A stretch of DNA of 64,000 nt from an uncultured Chloroflexia bacterium (GTDB lineage: Bacteria > Chloroflexota > Anaerolineae > JAAYZQ01): the NCBI GenBank assembly GCA_963700285.1, contig CAVOXA010000010.1:960001-1024000 (forward strand), in the 5' to 3' direction. Shown one piece after another: positions 1 through 9,966 of the stretch. Within the stretch, counting starts at the first letter, position 1, and each line of letters begins with the position of its first letter. A model generated the notes under the pieces. The model was not told where the DNA came from. It searched no databases and saw only the letters and a program-made list of their open reading frames with translations. Position numbers and translations under genes: made by a program.

Positions 1-93
1 GGCAACCTGTTCCTGCACTTCTGTCAGCGGTAACAAGAAAACCCTGGATGGAAACCCAGAAACTTGGCACGGAACCCATCGTACATTGTAGGC

Positions 94-146
94 TCCACGC
101 GTGAAGGGGTTCATGCGTGAAGAGATTCACGGGTGAAAGGATTCAC
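94..146. repeat. Tandem 16-bp repeat (3 copies plus a partial) with palindromic core TTCACGCGTGAA
   Basis: tccacgcgtgaagggg / ttcatgcgtgaagaga / ttcacgggtgaaagga / ttcac at 94, 110, 126, 142. Confidence 0.8.
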
Positions 147-147
147 C

Positions 148-966
148 TTGAGCAAGAAGCGCGGGCGCAAGCGACAACAAAAACTAGACATGGCCGTGGC
201 AACCATCCATCAGCGCTACGGCCCCCGGTCACTGATCAAAGGAAGATCAACCCAGACAGCTAGTCCTACCGCTGAGATTCCCCACATCCCTACCGGCTTT
301 GCAAAACTCGACCAAGCTCTGGGCATTGGCGGATTGCCCATAGGGCGGGTGTGCGAGATTGTGGGTCCGGCTACCTCGGGCAAGACAACCCTGGCCCTCA
401 AGTTTCTGGTCCAGGCCCAAGCCAGGGGGGGACAGGTAGCTTATGTCGATCAGGCTCTCTATTTTGATCCTGACTATGCGTACCGGTGTGGCATGGATCT
501 CTCCCGCCTGCTCATCAGCAGGGCCTACGACATGCAGGAAGCTCTGGCCACGGCCGAGGCATTGGCGCGCAGTGGCGCCCTATCGGCCCTGGTTTTTGAT
601 GCTCTGGATTTTGTATGGACCGACCCTGGCACCGTGCTCCATCTGGCGGCCAATCTCAACCGCCTGATACCTTTCCTGGTCCGCTCTGGTACGGTCTTTC
701 TCGTCCTGTACGAATCTTTCCAAGATCGTTCCCCTGCCCTCTCAGCTCTGGCTCATTGTGCTGCTGTACGGCTCAAAGTCGTCCGTGAGAAATGGGTACA
801 CCAATACCGGGACGTCCGAGGCTACGAGGCCCGGGTTGAAGTACTCAAGAACAAGTTGGGACCTGCCGGCCACACTGCGGCCATCACCATCGAGTTCAAC
901 GGCACTGTCCGTGCAATGGGCTGTAGCCCCTTCTGGCAATCGCTGCCTTTGGAGGCAATGCTGTGA
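148..966 (+). CDS. RecA-like ATPase paralog (ImuA/ImuY-like), not canonical RecA
   Basis: IPTGFAKLDQALGIGGLPIGR, Walker A GPATSGKTT, VLKNK. The catalytic Glu region reads VDQALYFD and the C-terminal domain is absent. Start placed at TTG 148 after AAGGA; ORF track starts at 133. Confidence 0.75.
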   Translation: MSKKRGRKRQQKLDMAVATIHQRYGPRSLIKGRSTQTASPTAEIPHIPTGFAKLDQALGIGGLPIGRVCEIVGPATSGKTTLALKFLVQAQARGGQVAYVDQALYFDPDYAYRCGMDLSRLLISRAYDMQEALATAEALARSGALSALVFDALDFVWTDPGTVLHLAANLNRLIPFLVRSGTVFLVLYESFQDRSPALSALAHCAAVRLKVVREKWVHQYRDVRGYEARVEVLKNKLGPAGHTAAITIEFNGTVRAMGCSPFWQSLPLEAML

Positions 967-1070
967 CCAAAGCAAACCGCGTTGCGCCGGTCTTGACCGG
1001 CACAACGCGATCCTGCATGGAGGTTACTATAAAACAGGGCACTGTCGCAACAGAGAAAGGCCGAGTTTGT

Positions 1071-2834
1071 CTATGGCATGGACGCAGGTCGCTCGCCCAA
1101 CGTCACCTCTACCATGGTCTGCTGGCCATCGCGTAACACGGCAAGCGTCACATCTTGGCCTGGCTCGGCTCCCCGCAGGATGGATAACAAATCCTCCATC
1201 TGGGCAACCGGTTCTTCATCCACCGCGACGATGACATCGCCTCCTACCTGGATCTCCTGCCCGTTGAGTTCCAACGCCTCGGAGCCACTGCGCAACCCTG
1301 CCTCAGCAGCAGGGCTGCCCTGCACGACCTCCCCAACCAGGACACCCTGCTGACTGGAACCAAGATCCATCGCTTCAGCGATTTCAGGAGTAACTGTCAG
1401 ACCCATGATACCGAGCCAGGCCCCAGTGGTCGCACCCTGCTCCTGCTGCGCCTGCGCTGGCCGCTCTTCTTGTTTGGGCCGGCCAGCAAGGCTTACCCGA
1501 ACCGCTTCTTTCTCGCCTTCGCGCAGCACCGTCAGAGTGACGGTATCGCCGACGCTCGTGCTGCGGGCCAGGTAGGTCACCAAGTCGTCGAACTCATTCA
1601 CGGGTTCATTGTTGATGGCCACAATCACGTCACCGCCGACCCGAACTTGCTGCCCATCTATATCGACGGATTGGTCGCTTCCCTGCAAACCCGCTTCGCT
1701 GGACGGGCTGTTGTCCACCACTTCAATGACTAGAACTCCTCGCTGGCTGGCATCGAGGTCCATTGTCTGGGCCAGAGCAGAAGTCAGCGAAGTGCCGCTC
1801 ACACCCAGCCACGAATGCTCATAGTAGCCGTCCCGGATCAGCGCCGGTACGACTTTTTTCACAATGGCCGACGGGACGGCAAAGCCGATACCTGCGTTGG
1901 CCCGCACGGGCGATTCGATGGCCGTAGGCACGCCGATAACCCGGCCCCCGTCATCCACCAGCACACCGCCCGAGTTCCCCGGGTTGATGGGCGCATCGGT
2001 CTGGATGATGTCTGGAATGGTGTAGGTTGGCCCCAGCATCGTATCTGCTGCTACTGGCAGCGACCGGCCCAAGGCACTGATAAAACCCACAGTCATGGTA
2101 CCTTCCAGGCCAAAGGGATTGCCGATGGCTACCGCCAACTGTCCCACCCGAACCTCAGTCGAGTCTGCCAGCTGAACCGGCAGCAACTGGCTGGCCGGAA
2201 GGTCTACCTTGACCACTGCCAGGTCGCTATGGGGATCGGTCCCAACCACTTTACCGGCAACAGAGGTATCGTCGTAGAAGGTGACTGTGATCCTTTCCGC
2301 ACCATCGACAACATGGTTGTTGGTCACGATGTGGCCCTCTTTATCCCACACAAAACCAGAGCCCAACCCCCCCTGCTGCGGAGGAAACCCTTCCGGAAGG
2401 GATGGATCCGAGGGCGAACTGGGGATATCGGGATGGCCCGAGGGTAGAGCGCCTGCGCCTTGAACTACCTGGATATTGACCACTGAAGGAGTCACGCCAA
2501 CATAGATCTGCTCCAGCCTCGCCTCCAGGGCATCCAGAAGGCTGGCCAGCATGGGATCGGCTGGGACAGTCCCGGTCAACGGCGTTGCAGGCTGTATCGA
2601 GGATGCCGGCGCGGATGACCCAACCTTTGCCACAGAATCGGCGGCTATGGCTTCGGGCGCTGCCCTGGCCCCAGAGTCCGGCGGCGCTGCCTGCGGATCT
2701 TGGAGCACCCCATTCTGGGGGAACAGTTCCTCTAGCGCAATGGCCCCTAGCGTTGACACTGGCGCGCTGCAACCAGCCAGCGACAGCAGCCAAATCAGGA
2801 GAAATACAAAGACCACAAACAATCGTTTGCTCAC
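1071..2834 (-). CDS. htrA: HtrA/DegP-like serine protease with two PDZ domains, probable lipoprotein
   Basis: LAGC lipobox; TNNHVV, DLAVV, QTDAPINPGNSGG; two WLG-starting PDZ repeats. Confidence 0.92.
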   Translation of the reverse strand: MSKRLFVVFVFLLIWLLSLAGCSAPVSTLGAIALEELFPQNGVLQDPQAAPPDSGARAAPEAIAADSVAKVGSSAPASSIQPATPLTGTVPADPMLASLLDALEARLEQIYVGVTPSVVNIQVVQGAGALPSGHPDIPSSPSDPSLPEGFPPQQGGLGSGFVWDKEGHIVTNNHVVDGAERITVTFYDDTSVAGKVVGTDPHSDLAVVKVDLPASQLLPVQLADSTEVRVGQLAVAIGNPFGLEGTMTVGFISALGRSLPVAADTMLGPTYTIPDIIQTDAPINPGNSGGVLVDDGGRVIGVPTAIESPVRANAGIGFAVPSAIVKKVVPALIRDGYYEHSWLGVSGTSLTSALAQTMDLDASQRGVLVIEVVDNSPSSEAGLQGSDQSVDIDGQQVRVGGDVIVAINNEPVNEFDDLVTYLARSTSVGDTVTLTVLREGEKEAVRVSLAGRPKQEERPAQAQQEQGATTGAWLGIMGLTVTPEIAEAMDLGSSQQGVLVGEVVQGSPAAEAGLRSGSEALELNGQEIQVGGDVIVAVDEEPVAQMEDLLSILRGAEPGQDVTLAVLRDGQQTMVEVTLGERPASMP

Positions 2835-3015
2835 AGCAGATCCTTTCTGTCATTTGTCGTGCAAAGGCATCTGTGGGGTCTAGCCTACCGCAGGATGGAC
2901 GCGCCAATACTCTCCCGAACCCCACAGACACCATCGCCAAGCCCTGATAATCCGTCCAGAGCCTGCGGAAGGCTAAATCTGCCGGTAGCATAACACAGAG
3001 AGTATCGATCTGTCC

Positions 3016-3054
3016 TTAAGGGAGACTACCATAGAGGTTAAGACAACCTTAAGA
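3016..3054 (-). promoter_or_regulatory. Putative response-regulator direct repeats and extended -10 upstream of htrA
   Basis: TTAAG at 3016, 3038, 3049 (multiples of 11 bp apart); minus-strand TGgTAGTCT at ~3023-3031. Confidence 0.45.
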
Positions 3055-3099
3055 AGCTATGCACAACTTGGCCCAAGCCCGCTTGTCGGAGAAAGGCGC

Positions 3100-4611
3100 T
3101 CAGTCTACCACCCAACCCCGGGCTCGATCTATGGCTCGCTGCCAGCCAGCGTAGAGGCTATCTCGCTGGTCGGCTGGCATGGATGGGGTAAACTCGGCGT
3201 CGACCCTCCACTGGCGGGCCACTTCATCCAGTCCAGACCAATAGCCCACGGCCAGCCCGGCAAGATAAGCGGCTCCCAGCGCCGTCGTTTCGGTGACTGC
3301 CGGTCTCTGGACGGGTACGCCCATGATGTCAGCCTGGAACTGCATCAACAGATCGTTGGCAGCAGCGCCTCCGTCGGCCCGCAGCGCCTGCAGGCGAACG
3401 CCCCCCGTGTTGATGGCATCGGCCGCCATCGCTTCCAGCAGATCCCGGCTCTGGTAGCAGATCCCCTCCAGCGCCGCGCGGACCAGGTGTCTCCGGTCAG
3501 TACCTTGTGTCAGTCCCACGATCGTTCCCCGGGCATAGGGGTCCCAGTAGGGCGCACCCAAACCCACAAAGGCGGGAACAAAGTAGACGCCGCCAGTATT
3601 GGCTACCTCACGGGCTAGCGATTCGGTTTCGGCCGCGTGGCTGATGATGCCCAGCCCATCGCGCAGCCACTGGACAACAGCCCCAGCGATGAATACACTG
3701 CCCTCCAGAGCATAGGTCACATCATTGCTCTCATCCAATTGCCAGGCGATCGTCGTCAACAACCCCTGACCCGAAACTACCGCCTGGTCTCCAGTATTCA
3801 GCAGCAGAAAACCACCGGTGCCATAGGTATTCTTGGCCTGCCCCGGCGCGAAACAGGTCTGGCCAAAGAGCGCCGCCTGCTGGTCGCCAGCCGCACCCGC
3901 GATAGGCACTCTTGCACCCAGTAGCTCAGCATCGGCTTGACCATAGACCTGCGACGAGGGCCGCACTTCCGGGAGCATGACCCGGGGGATACGAAGCTCG
4001 GTGATGATATCATCGTCCCAATCCAGCGTACGAATATTGAACAGCATCGTGCGCGAGGCGTTGCTCACGTCAGTCACATGCAGCCGCCCGCTGCTCAGCC
4101 GCCAGATGAGAAAGCTGTCGATGGTGCCAAAGAGCGCATCCCCACGTTCCGCCTTCTCTCGAAGGCCTGACACCTGGTCCAGCAGCCAGGCAAGCTTGGT
4201 GCCCGAGAAATAGGCATCTACTACCAACCCCGTCTTGTCCCGGATTGGGTTCGCCCAGCCATCATCACGGAGATGGTCGCACATTGCAGCGGTCCGCCGG
4301 CACTGCCAGACGATGGCGTTGTGCAATGGCGCGCCTGTTTGCCGATCCCAGACCACCACCGTCTCGCGCTGGTTGGTGATGCCCATGGCCGCCACCTGCG
4401 CCGCTTCGATGCGAGCCTCCCTCAATGCCTGCCGCGCTGTGTCCAATTGGGTATTCCAGATCGCTTCTGGATCATGCTCCACCCAGCCGGGCTGCGGGTA
4501 GAGTTGAGGAAACTCTTGTTGGGCAACGCTGATGACTCGCCCGGAACGATCAAAGACAATGGCCCTCGAGCTACTTGTTCCTTGATCCAGAGCTAGAATA
4601 TAGGTTGCCAT
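3100..4611 (-). CDS. glpK: Glycerol kinase
   Basis: [48 protein letters not shown]; GGAGG RBS before ATG 4611. Confidence 0.97.
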   Translation of the reverse strand: MATYILALDQGTSSSRAIVFDRSGRVISVAQQEFPQLYPQPGWVEHDPEAIWNTQLDTARQALREARIEAAQVAAMGITNQRETVVVWDRQTGAPLHNAIVWQCRRTAAMCDHLRDDGWANPIRDKTGLVVDAYFSGTKLAWLLDQVSGLREKAERGDALFGTIDSFLIWRLSSGRLHVTDVSNASRTMLFNIRTLDWDDDIITELRIPRVMLPEVRPSSQVYGQADAELLGARVPIAGAAGDQQAALFGQTCFAPGQAKNTYGTGGFLLLNTGDQAVVSGQGLLTTIAWQLDESNDVTYALEGSVFIAGAVVQWLRDGLGIISHAAETESLAREVANTGGVYFVPAFVGLGAPYWDPYARGTIVGLTQGTDRRHLVRAALEGICYQSRDLLEAMAADAINTGGVRLQALRADGGAAANDLLMQFQADIMGVPVQRPAVTETTALGAAYLAGLAVGYWSGLDEVARQWRVDAEFTPSMPADQRDSLYAGWQRAIDRARGWVVD

Positions 4612-4654
4612 GTCGCTGATATCCTCCTCGCGCCCGTGTGGGGTCGACAGGTTA

Positions 4655-5122
4655 CTAGTTCTGATCCTCAAACAGGGCCAGCCAGGCAGCTACCTCGTCC
4701 GGTGTGGGGGGCGTATCCTTCTCGGGGGGCAGCGCATCCTCCTGTGCCGCCCCAGACGCCGGAGCCAGATCGGAGGCAAAGGTATCAGCACTACGTACCC
4801 TGGCGCCATTCCGGGCCACTGTCTCAGCTAGTTGCTGATCCGAAGTGACGACCAGCCAGCCTCGAGGGTCCCGGCTGCGGCGCACGCGCCGGGCTATGAC
4901 GGTATCGGCACTGCTGCCGTGTGGCGCAAAGACGACCTCAATCCCACCCTGGCGGCGGACTTTCGACAGCGAAAAGGCTCCACCAGGATCAAACACGACC
5001 GTGATCCGTTGGCCCGTACGTGCCCGGTAGGACACCAGCATGCGGACGAGTTGATCTTCATCGTCGGGATCTTGCAGAGAGATGGTGGACAGCCGGCCGA
5101 TTAGGTTGTGACCGTCGATCAA
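4655..5122 (-). CDS. NYN-domain (YacP-like) PIN-fold ribonuclease
   Basis: IDGHNL, VVFD, SADTVI, VVTSD acidic motifs; start approximate. Confidence 0.82.
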   Translation of the reverse strand: MIDGHNLIGRLSTISLQDPDDEDQLVRMLVSYRARTGQRITVVFDPGGAFSLSKVRRQGGIEVVFAPHGSSADTVIARRVRRSRDPRGWLVVTSDQQLAETVARNGARVRSADTFASDLAPASGAAQEDALPPEKDTPPTPDEVAAWLALFEDQN

Positions 5123-5134
5123 GATAGGCAGCGT

Positions 5135-5668
5135 CTAAACTCCTGTCACACACATGGGCCGTTCAAGGCCCTCCGGCACGTGATCTTGTGCACGTGAGCC
5201 TGGGGAGCGTATATCTTTTTCGGTGGTGACCCGGATCCCGGCACGCTTGAGCAAGGCAGCTGTCACACCGTCACCTCGCACCAGCGTACCTGCAAATCGT
5301 CCTTCGTGGATCTCGCCCACCCCGCAGGAGGGACTGTGGCTCTTGAGGATCGCTTGCCGGATGTCCAGACGTTGTGCCAAGTCCAGGGCTCCTGTGGCCC
5401 CAGCGACGAACTGGGCCGTCACATCGCTGCCATCGCTAGCCACTACGCGCGCCTGCCCGTCCAATACAGCGTTGCCGTCAAGGCCAGCATAGGCCCTCTC
5501 GATCTCTGCTGGCAGGCGCGGCGTCGGCAATCCTCCGGACACCTCCGGGCAGAAAGGAACAATGTATCCTTGGGCTGCCAGCTTGTGCAGCGCCGCCTCT
5601 GGGCAACTCCGACCGTCAAAGCGGCAATCCACCCCTAGCAGACAGGCACTCACCAAGATCAGTGTCAC
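5135..5668 (-). CDS. DUF523 / TudS-like 2-thiouracil desulfidase family Fe-S protein
   Basis: LVSACLLG, CRFDG, FCPE, GLPTPR, LKSHSPSCG, GDGVTA; start trimmed to GTG 5668. Confidence 0.85.
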   Translation of the reverse strand: MTLILVSACLLGVDCRFDGRSCPEAALHKLAAQGYIVPFCPEVSGGLPTPRLPAEIERAYAGLDGNAVLDGQARVVASDGSDVTAQFVAGATGALDLAQRLDIRQAILKSHSPSCGVGEIHEGRFAGTLVRGDGVTAALLKRAGIRVTTEKDIRSPGSRAQDHVPEGLERPMCVTGV

Positions 5669-5908
5669 TTTATGAACCTTTGCTCCTGCCTCACACTCTT
5701 CCTGCCCCAGCCCACGCGTACCCTTGGCTAGAGTCCATGGACCCTTGAGTCTGAGCATTTCACTTTGTGCATTGTAGCACCTCCCCACACCTCTGTCAAC
5801 GCCCGCGCTAACGCTTGCCCCCCCTATCCTTTTGTGTTAGAATACGCTCCATGCCGCCCGCCCCGCCTGGTGCGATTGGGGGCGGTAACTTTTTGGGATA
5901 CAGGAAAG

Positions 5909-7696
5909 ATGCTCGACGCCGTGCCGGTTCTCTTCCAAGCCCTTGTCTGGCCCCTGTTAGGAGCCATCCTGATCCTGATAGGACGGCGATTCCTGCCCAA
6001 TTGGTTGCGCCGGCTGGTCGCACTGGCCGCTGTTCTGGCCTCGCTGGCTGTGCTCTGGTCCCTTCGAACCGGGTCCATTGAGCGGGTCGAGATCTTTTGG
6101 GAGCCCCTCAATCTCTTCCGCATGAGCCCAAGTCTGTGCCCAGACAGCCTGGCGCTGCTGGTTGGGATCACCTTGGCCTGGCTCACAGCGGCTACGGTCT
6201 TGGGCGTTCGCGGTGCACAACCTCAATCAACGGCATGGCACGGGCTGGTCCTGATAGCGCTGGCTGGTTGTCTGGCCATGACCATGGCTACCAATCTAAT
6301 CACACTGGCTATCGCCAGCGCTTTGCTCGACATGGCGCTCATTGCCATGGCTGTGTTTGAGCCACACGATGCCAACCGGGTTGCGTGGCGAATGGCCGTG
6401 CCCGGCATGGCCAGCACGCTCGTGCTCGTCGTCTGCGCCCTGCAGATGGACGCGCTAGTGGGGACCGGTTCGCTCTCGGCCCGTGAGGTTCCACTGGGGA
6501 TTCTCACCATGGTGGGGGTAGCCGGCATGCTTCGCCTTCTGGTCTATCCTCTGCATCCTAGAGGCCTGCATACGCCCGAAAATGCCGTTGGTCTTTTGCT
6601 GTCCGTAGGTGCCGGGATCTATCTCATAGCCCGTGTCCAGACCATTGATCCCGGCCTGGCCGGTCTGCAGTGGATGCCTACCATCGGAGGCGTAGCCTTG
6701 CTAGCCGGGGGAATCCTGGTCTGGACGGGAGCGGATCGCCTGGCGTGGGCGCCTGACCCTTCGGCTTTGCCTCCTCCCGGCGTTCTCGGGACTGAGGAAC
6801 CAGGTTCCCAGCCCAGCGGAGGAGAGGAGCAGCAGGCTAGGAATTCGCCGCAGCCCGCACTCGCCAGGGTCTGGTCTGGAACCGCTGTCCACCAGGCCGG
6901 CCTTGCCCTTGCCTTCGTTCTCCTCGTTGGGAATCCGGTGCCCTGGCCTCTTCTTAGCCTCACGCTGACCCTGGGCATGTTGATCATCTGGTGGGATGGG
7001 GCAAACACGAGGAGAGCCAGCTCCCAGCCCCGGCAGTTCCAGCCGCCGATTCAGAACTGGTGGGCGCAAGTACGGTCGACAACGGCAGGGCGATTTCCCA
7101 CCCTGGCCCGCTATGCCCCCGTCTTTTTGCCAGCCCTGGCCCTGGCATCCCTTGCTAGCATACCACTCACTGCTGGCGCCAGAGGGCATTGGCTATTCTA
7201 TGGCACGTTGTTGGGCAAGGCACAACCCGGTCTGTTGATCCCTGTCCTCGTGGCCGACAGCTTTCTCGTAGCCGGGCTGGCGCTCGCATTCAAGTCTGGC
7301 CTAAAGCGGGCCAGCGATAGGTGGCCATCACCTGGCGCATTCCTGGCCATGCTCGCCCTTGCTGTTCCCTTGATTGTCCTGGGCATCAGGCCCAGTGTTC
7401 TGGGGTTGGATCCCATGCACTTGTCCGACGTCTCGCCCTGGGGTCTCGGGTTCATCTATGTGCTGCCTTGGCTCATTGGTATCTGGCTGGCCCATATCAG
7501 CAACAGGCTGACCAATTACCTCGAACCTGTCTATCGCCTTGTCAATCTGAACTGGCTCTTTCAGGCTATGAATTGGCTCGGCCAACGACTGGGTGGCATC
7601 ATCTATTGGGTCGGGAAGGTAGGTGAAGGACAAGGTTGGTTTGGCTGGATCCTCATTGTCCTCGCCCTGGGTATCATGCTCCTGATTATCCGGTAA
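5909..7696 (+). CDS. Polytopic membrane protein, degenerate antiporter-like (MrpD/NuoM/HyfB-type) subunit
   Basis: Many TM segments; DSLA, TNLITL, YPLH, PLTAG motifs; ATG 5909 after AGGA. Confidence 0.6.
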   Translation: MLDAVPVLFQALVWPLLGAILILIGRRFLPNWLRRLVALAAVLASLAVLWSLRTGSIERVEIFWEPLNLFRMSPSLCPDSLALLVGITLAWLTAATVLGVRGAQPQSTAWHGLVLIALAGCLAMTMATNLITLAIASALLDMALIAMAVFEPHDANRVAWRMAVPGMASTLVLVVCALQMDALVGTGSLSAREVPLGILTMVGVAGMLRLLVYPLHPRGLHTPENAVGLLLSVGAGIYLIARVQTIDPGLAGLQWMPTIGGVALLAGGILVWTGADRLAWAPDPSALPPPGVLGTEEPGSQPSGGEEQQARNSPQPALARVWSGTAVHQAGLALAFVLLVGNPVPWPLLSLTLTLGMLIIWWDGANTRRASSQPRQFQPPIQNWWAQVRSTTAGRFPTLARYAPVFLPALALASLASIPLTAGARGHWLFYGTLLGKAQPGLLIPVLVADSFLVAGLALAFKSGLKRASDRWPSPGAFLAMLALAVPLIVLGIRPSVLGLDPMHLSDVSPWGLGFIYVLPWLIGIWLAHISNRLTNYLEPVYRLVNLNWLFQAMNWLGQRLGGIIYWVGKVGEGQGWFGWILIVLALGIMLLIIR

Positions 7697-7740
7697 GACT
7701 GGAATCCTCCAGTCCCGAGGTGGTATTTCTGAGACAGTGA

Positions 7741-8436
7741 ATGGAAGCATTCTCTAGCCTTTTTGAACTCACGGCTGGCACACCAGCTATCATCGGGCTG
7801 TTTCTGACAGCTCTGGTCATCTTTGTAGCCTCTGACTGGCGGCTGTCTCTGGCGGCGCTGCTGGTTCAGTATCTCCTGGTAGGGTTGGCCCTCACCCGGT
7901 TCATTGAGCCCGAGGTTGCTGTGGTCAAAATCCTGGTGGGGGTACTCGTTGTACCCATTCTTTACTTGGGTAACCGGCATGCACATCGAGTTGATGAGCC
8001 TGGGGACAACGCTGAGGGCGGGCTGCACTTGTTGGGACTGACCGTGGGTTGGGATGCCGGGCCACTGGGTCTGCCCCTGCGCCTGCTGGCAGTACTCTTG
8101 GTCTTTCTGGCCCTTGTACGCCTCCTGGGCCAGTTCCAATCACCCTTGGCACCCACTGGCTTTTCCATCGAACTGGCCTTCGTAGCCATTTGGATGGGCA
8201 GCATGGGCATCATCGGCCTGGTTCTGGGCGGTGGGCCACTGCGCGCGGCCAGTGCCATACTGACCATCCTGGCCGGCTTTGACCTGGTCTATGCCACGTT
8301 GGAACGCAGTCTGGCTATTGTCGGCTTCAATGGCGCCCTCACCCTGTTGACCGCTCTTGCCTTTTCGTACCTGGCTGCCGTCCAGGCCGTGGGCATTGGC
8401 AAGGACAAACCAGACCAAGAAGGGACTGTGCTGTGA
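7741..8436 (+). CDS. Small polytopic membrane protein (possibly HyfE-like)
   Basis: About 6-7 hydrophobic helices; GTGA overlap with the next gene. Confidence 0.6.
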   Translation: MEAFSSLFELTAGTPAIIGLFLTALVIFVASDWRLSLAALLVQYLLVGLALTRFIEPEVAVVKILVGVLVVPILYLGNRHAHRVDEPGDNAEGGLHLLGLTVGWDAGPLGLPLRLLAVLLVFLALVRLLGQFQSPLAPTGFSIELAFVAIWMGSMGIIGLVLGGGPLRAASAILTILAGFDLVYATLERSLAIVGFNGALTLLTALAFSYLAAVQAVGIGKDKPDQEGTVL

Positions 8437-9905
8437 CCCCCGTCCCAGGTCCCATCATCCTCGTGGCCTTACCACTGGCTGCCGCCATCGTAACCTACCT
8501 GATCCGTCGCTGGGCGCTACTGGCTACTTTCATCGCTGCCGCAACCGCGGGCGCATTGGCCCTACTCTGCTTGTACCTGCCCCTGGACCGTTCGGCTTTT
8601 GTGTTGGGGCAGGAGATTGGCTTTGGCCGGCCCGTCGTGATTCTTGGCCGCAACCTGGTACTCGATCCAGGGGGACAAGCATGGATGGCTTTTATCTTTG
8701 GCCTGGCTGTGGTTTTTTACCTGTTTTCCTGGCGGATATCACAGGGGCAGTCGTTCGTCCCTTTTAGTTTGGCGATTCTTAGCCTGTATGCCTTTGTCGT
8801 CTTGCTCCAGACCTTCTCCCTGGCAGTCCTTGTCTTTGCCATTAGCGTGACCCTGGCAGTACTTATCATTCAAGGGGGACGGCGGTCCTCCATCCGCGGT
8901 GCCCAGCGCTATCTGTTGATCACCCTTTTATCGGTTCCACTCTTACTTGCTGCCGCTTGGCTGGTGGACCAATCGCTGCTTGCCCCGGGAAGCGCAGACA
9001 TGACCCGCCAAGCCATGTTGCCTGCTTTGTTGGGTTTCGGCCTGCTTTTGGCCGTTTTCCCGTTTGGAACTTGGATGCCCGCCCTGGCCGCCGATGCACC
9101 GCCAATCGTCACGGCTTTCATCTTTACGGCAGCGCAGGCGATGGCGTTTTACCTGGTTCTGGTCTTTTTGCGCAATGCCTCCTGGACGCTGACCGACCCC
9201 ACCCTTTCCACGGTGATTCAATTGGCTGGGTTGGTGATGGCGGCTATTGGTGGCCTGATGGCTTCTGCGCAGCGCGACTTTGGGCGCTTGTTCGGGTACG
9301 CTGCCCTCAGCAACCTGGGCTTCCTGCTCTTGACCCTGGTCATGGGAGGTAGCCAGGGTCAGGTTCTCGCCCTACTGCACATGGCCAATCGCGCGCTAGC
9401 CATTACCCTATTGGCCGGAGCGCTCTCCATCGTTCGCCACCGTGCTACTACCGACCAGTTTGCCGGCCTTCAGGGAGCGGCGCGACGGCTACCTATCGCC
9501 ACCATGGGATTGGTATTGGGCTGCCTGGCATTGGCAGGCTTTCCGCTCACGGCCGGATTCCCCACCCACTGGGCCCTTGGCCGAGCCGTGTGGAATTGGG
9601 CCCTTCCCTTCTCGTCCCTGGCACAAGGTGCGGGCGCAGTCACTGGTACAACAACTGGAGGACAATGGGCAGGGGGATTGGTTCTCCTCGCCCTCGTTAT
9701 TGCATCGGTTGGCATTGTCATCGGCACACTGCGTGGACTCGGCGCCATGTTGGGTGCTGACCCCCGGGAGGACATGGCCCGCCAACCGATCATTGCCTCA
9801 TTCATGGTCATGGTCCTGGCAGCCCTGGTGGTCCTCTTGGGCCTCTACCCTCAGCTCTTCTTGGACCCGATACTCAACGCTGCAGAGGCTCTTTCTTCAT
9901 TCTAA
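8433..9905 (+). CDS. Proton-conducting-transporter family membrane subunit (NuoN/MrpD/HyfF-like)
   Basis: FPFGTWMP, QRDFGRLFGY, NLGF, LAGFPLTAGF, LGLYPQ. Confidence 0.75.
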   Translation: MTPVPGPIILVALPLAAAIVTYLIRRWALLATFIAAATAGALALLCLYLPLDRSAFVLGQEIGFGRPVVILGRNLVLDPGGQAWMAFIFGLAVVFYLFSWRISQGQSFVPFSLAILSLYAFVVLLQTFSLAVLVFAISVTLAVLIIQGGRRSSIRGAQRYLLITLLSVPLLLAAAWLVDQSLLAPGSADMTRQAMLPALLGFGLLLAVFPFGTWMPALAADAPPIVTAFIFTAAQAMAFYLVLVFLRNASWTLTDPTLSTVIQLAGLVMAAIGGLMASAQRDFGRLFGYAALSNLGFLLLTLVMGGSQGQVLALLHMANRALAITLLAGALSIVRHRATTDQFAGLQGAARRLPIATMGLVLGCLALAGFPLTAGFPTHWALGRAVWNWALPFSSLAQGAGAVTGTTTGGQWAGGLVLLALVIASVGIVIGTLRGLGAMLGADPREDMARQPIIASFMVMVLAALVVLLGLYPQLFLDPILNAAEALSSF

Positions 9906-9966
9906 CCAGTGACGAAGGATAGAAGAAATCCCTGTTTCTTCATACCCTGTCTGAGAGGTAAAGACA

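Noticed and set aside
72-84. LexA box upstream of the RecA paralog (GAAC...GTAC)
   Set aside because: Spacer is 5 nt rather than 4
94-146. Mini-CRISPR interpretation of the 16-bp repeats
   Set aside because: Units are contiguous with no spacers, and there are no cas genes
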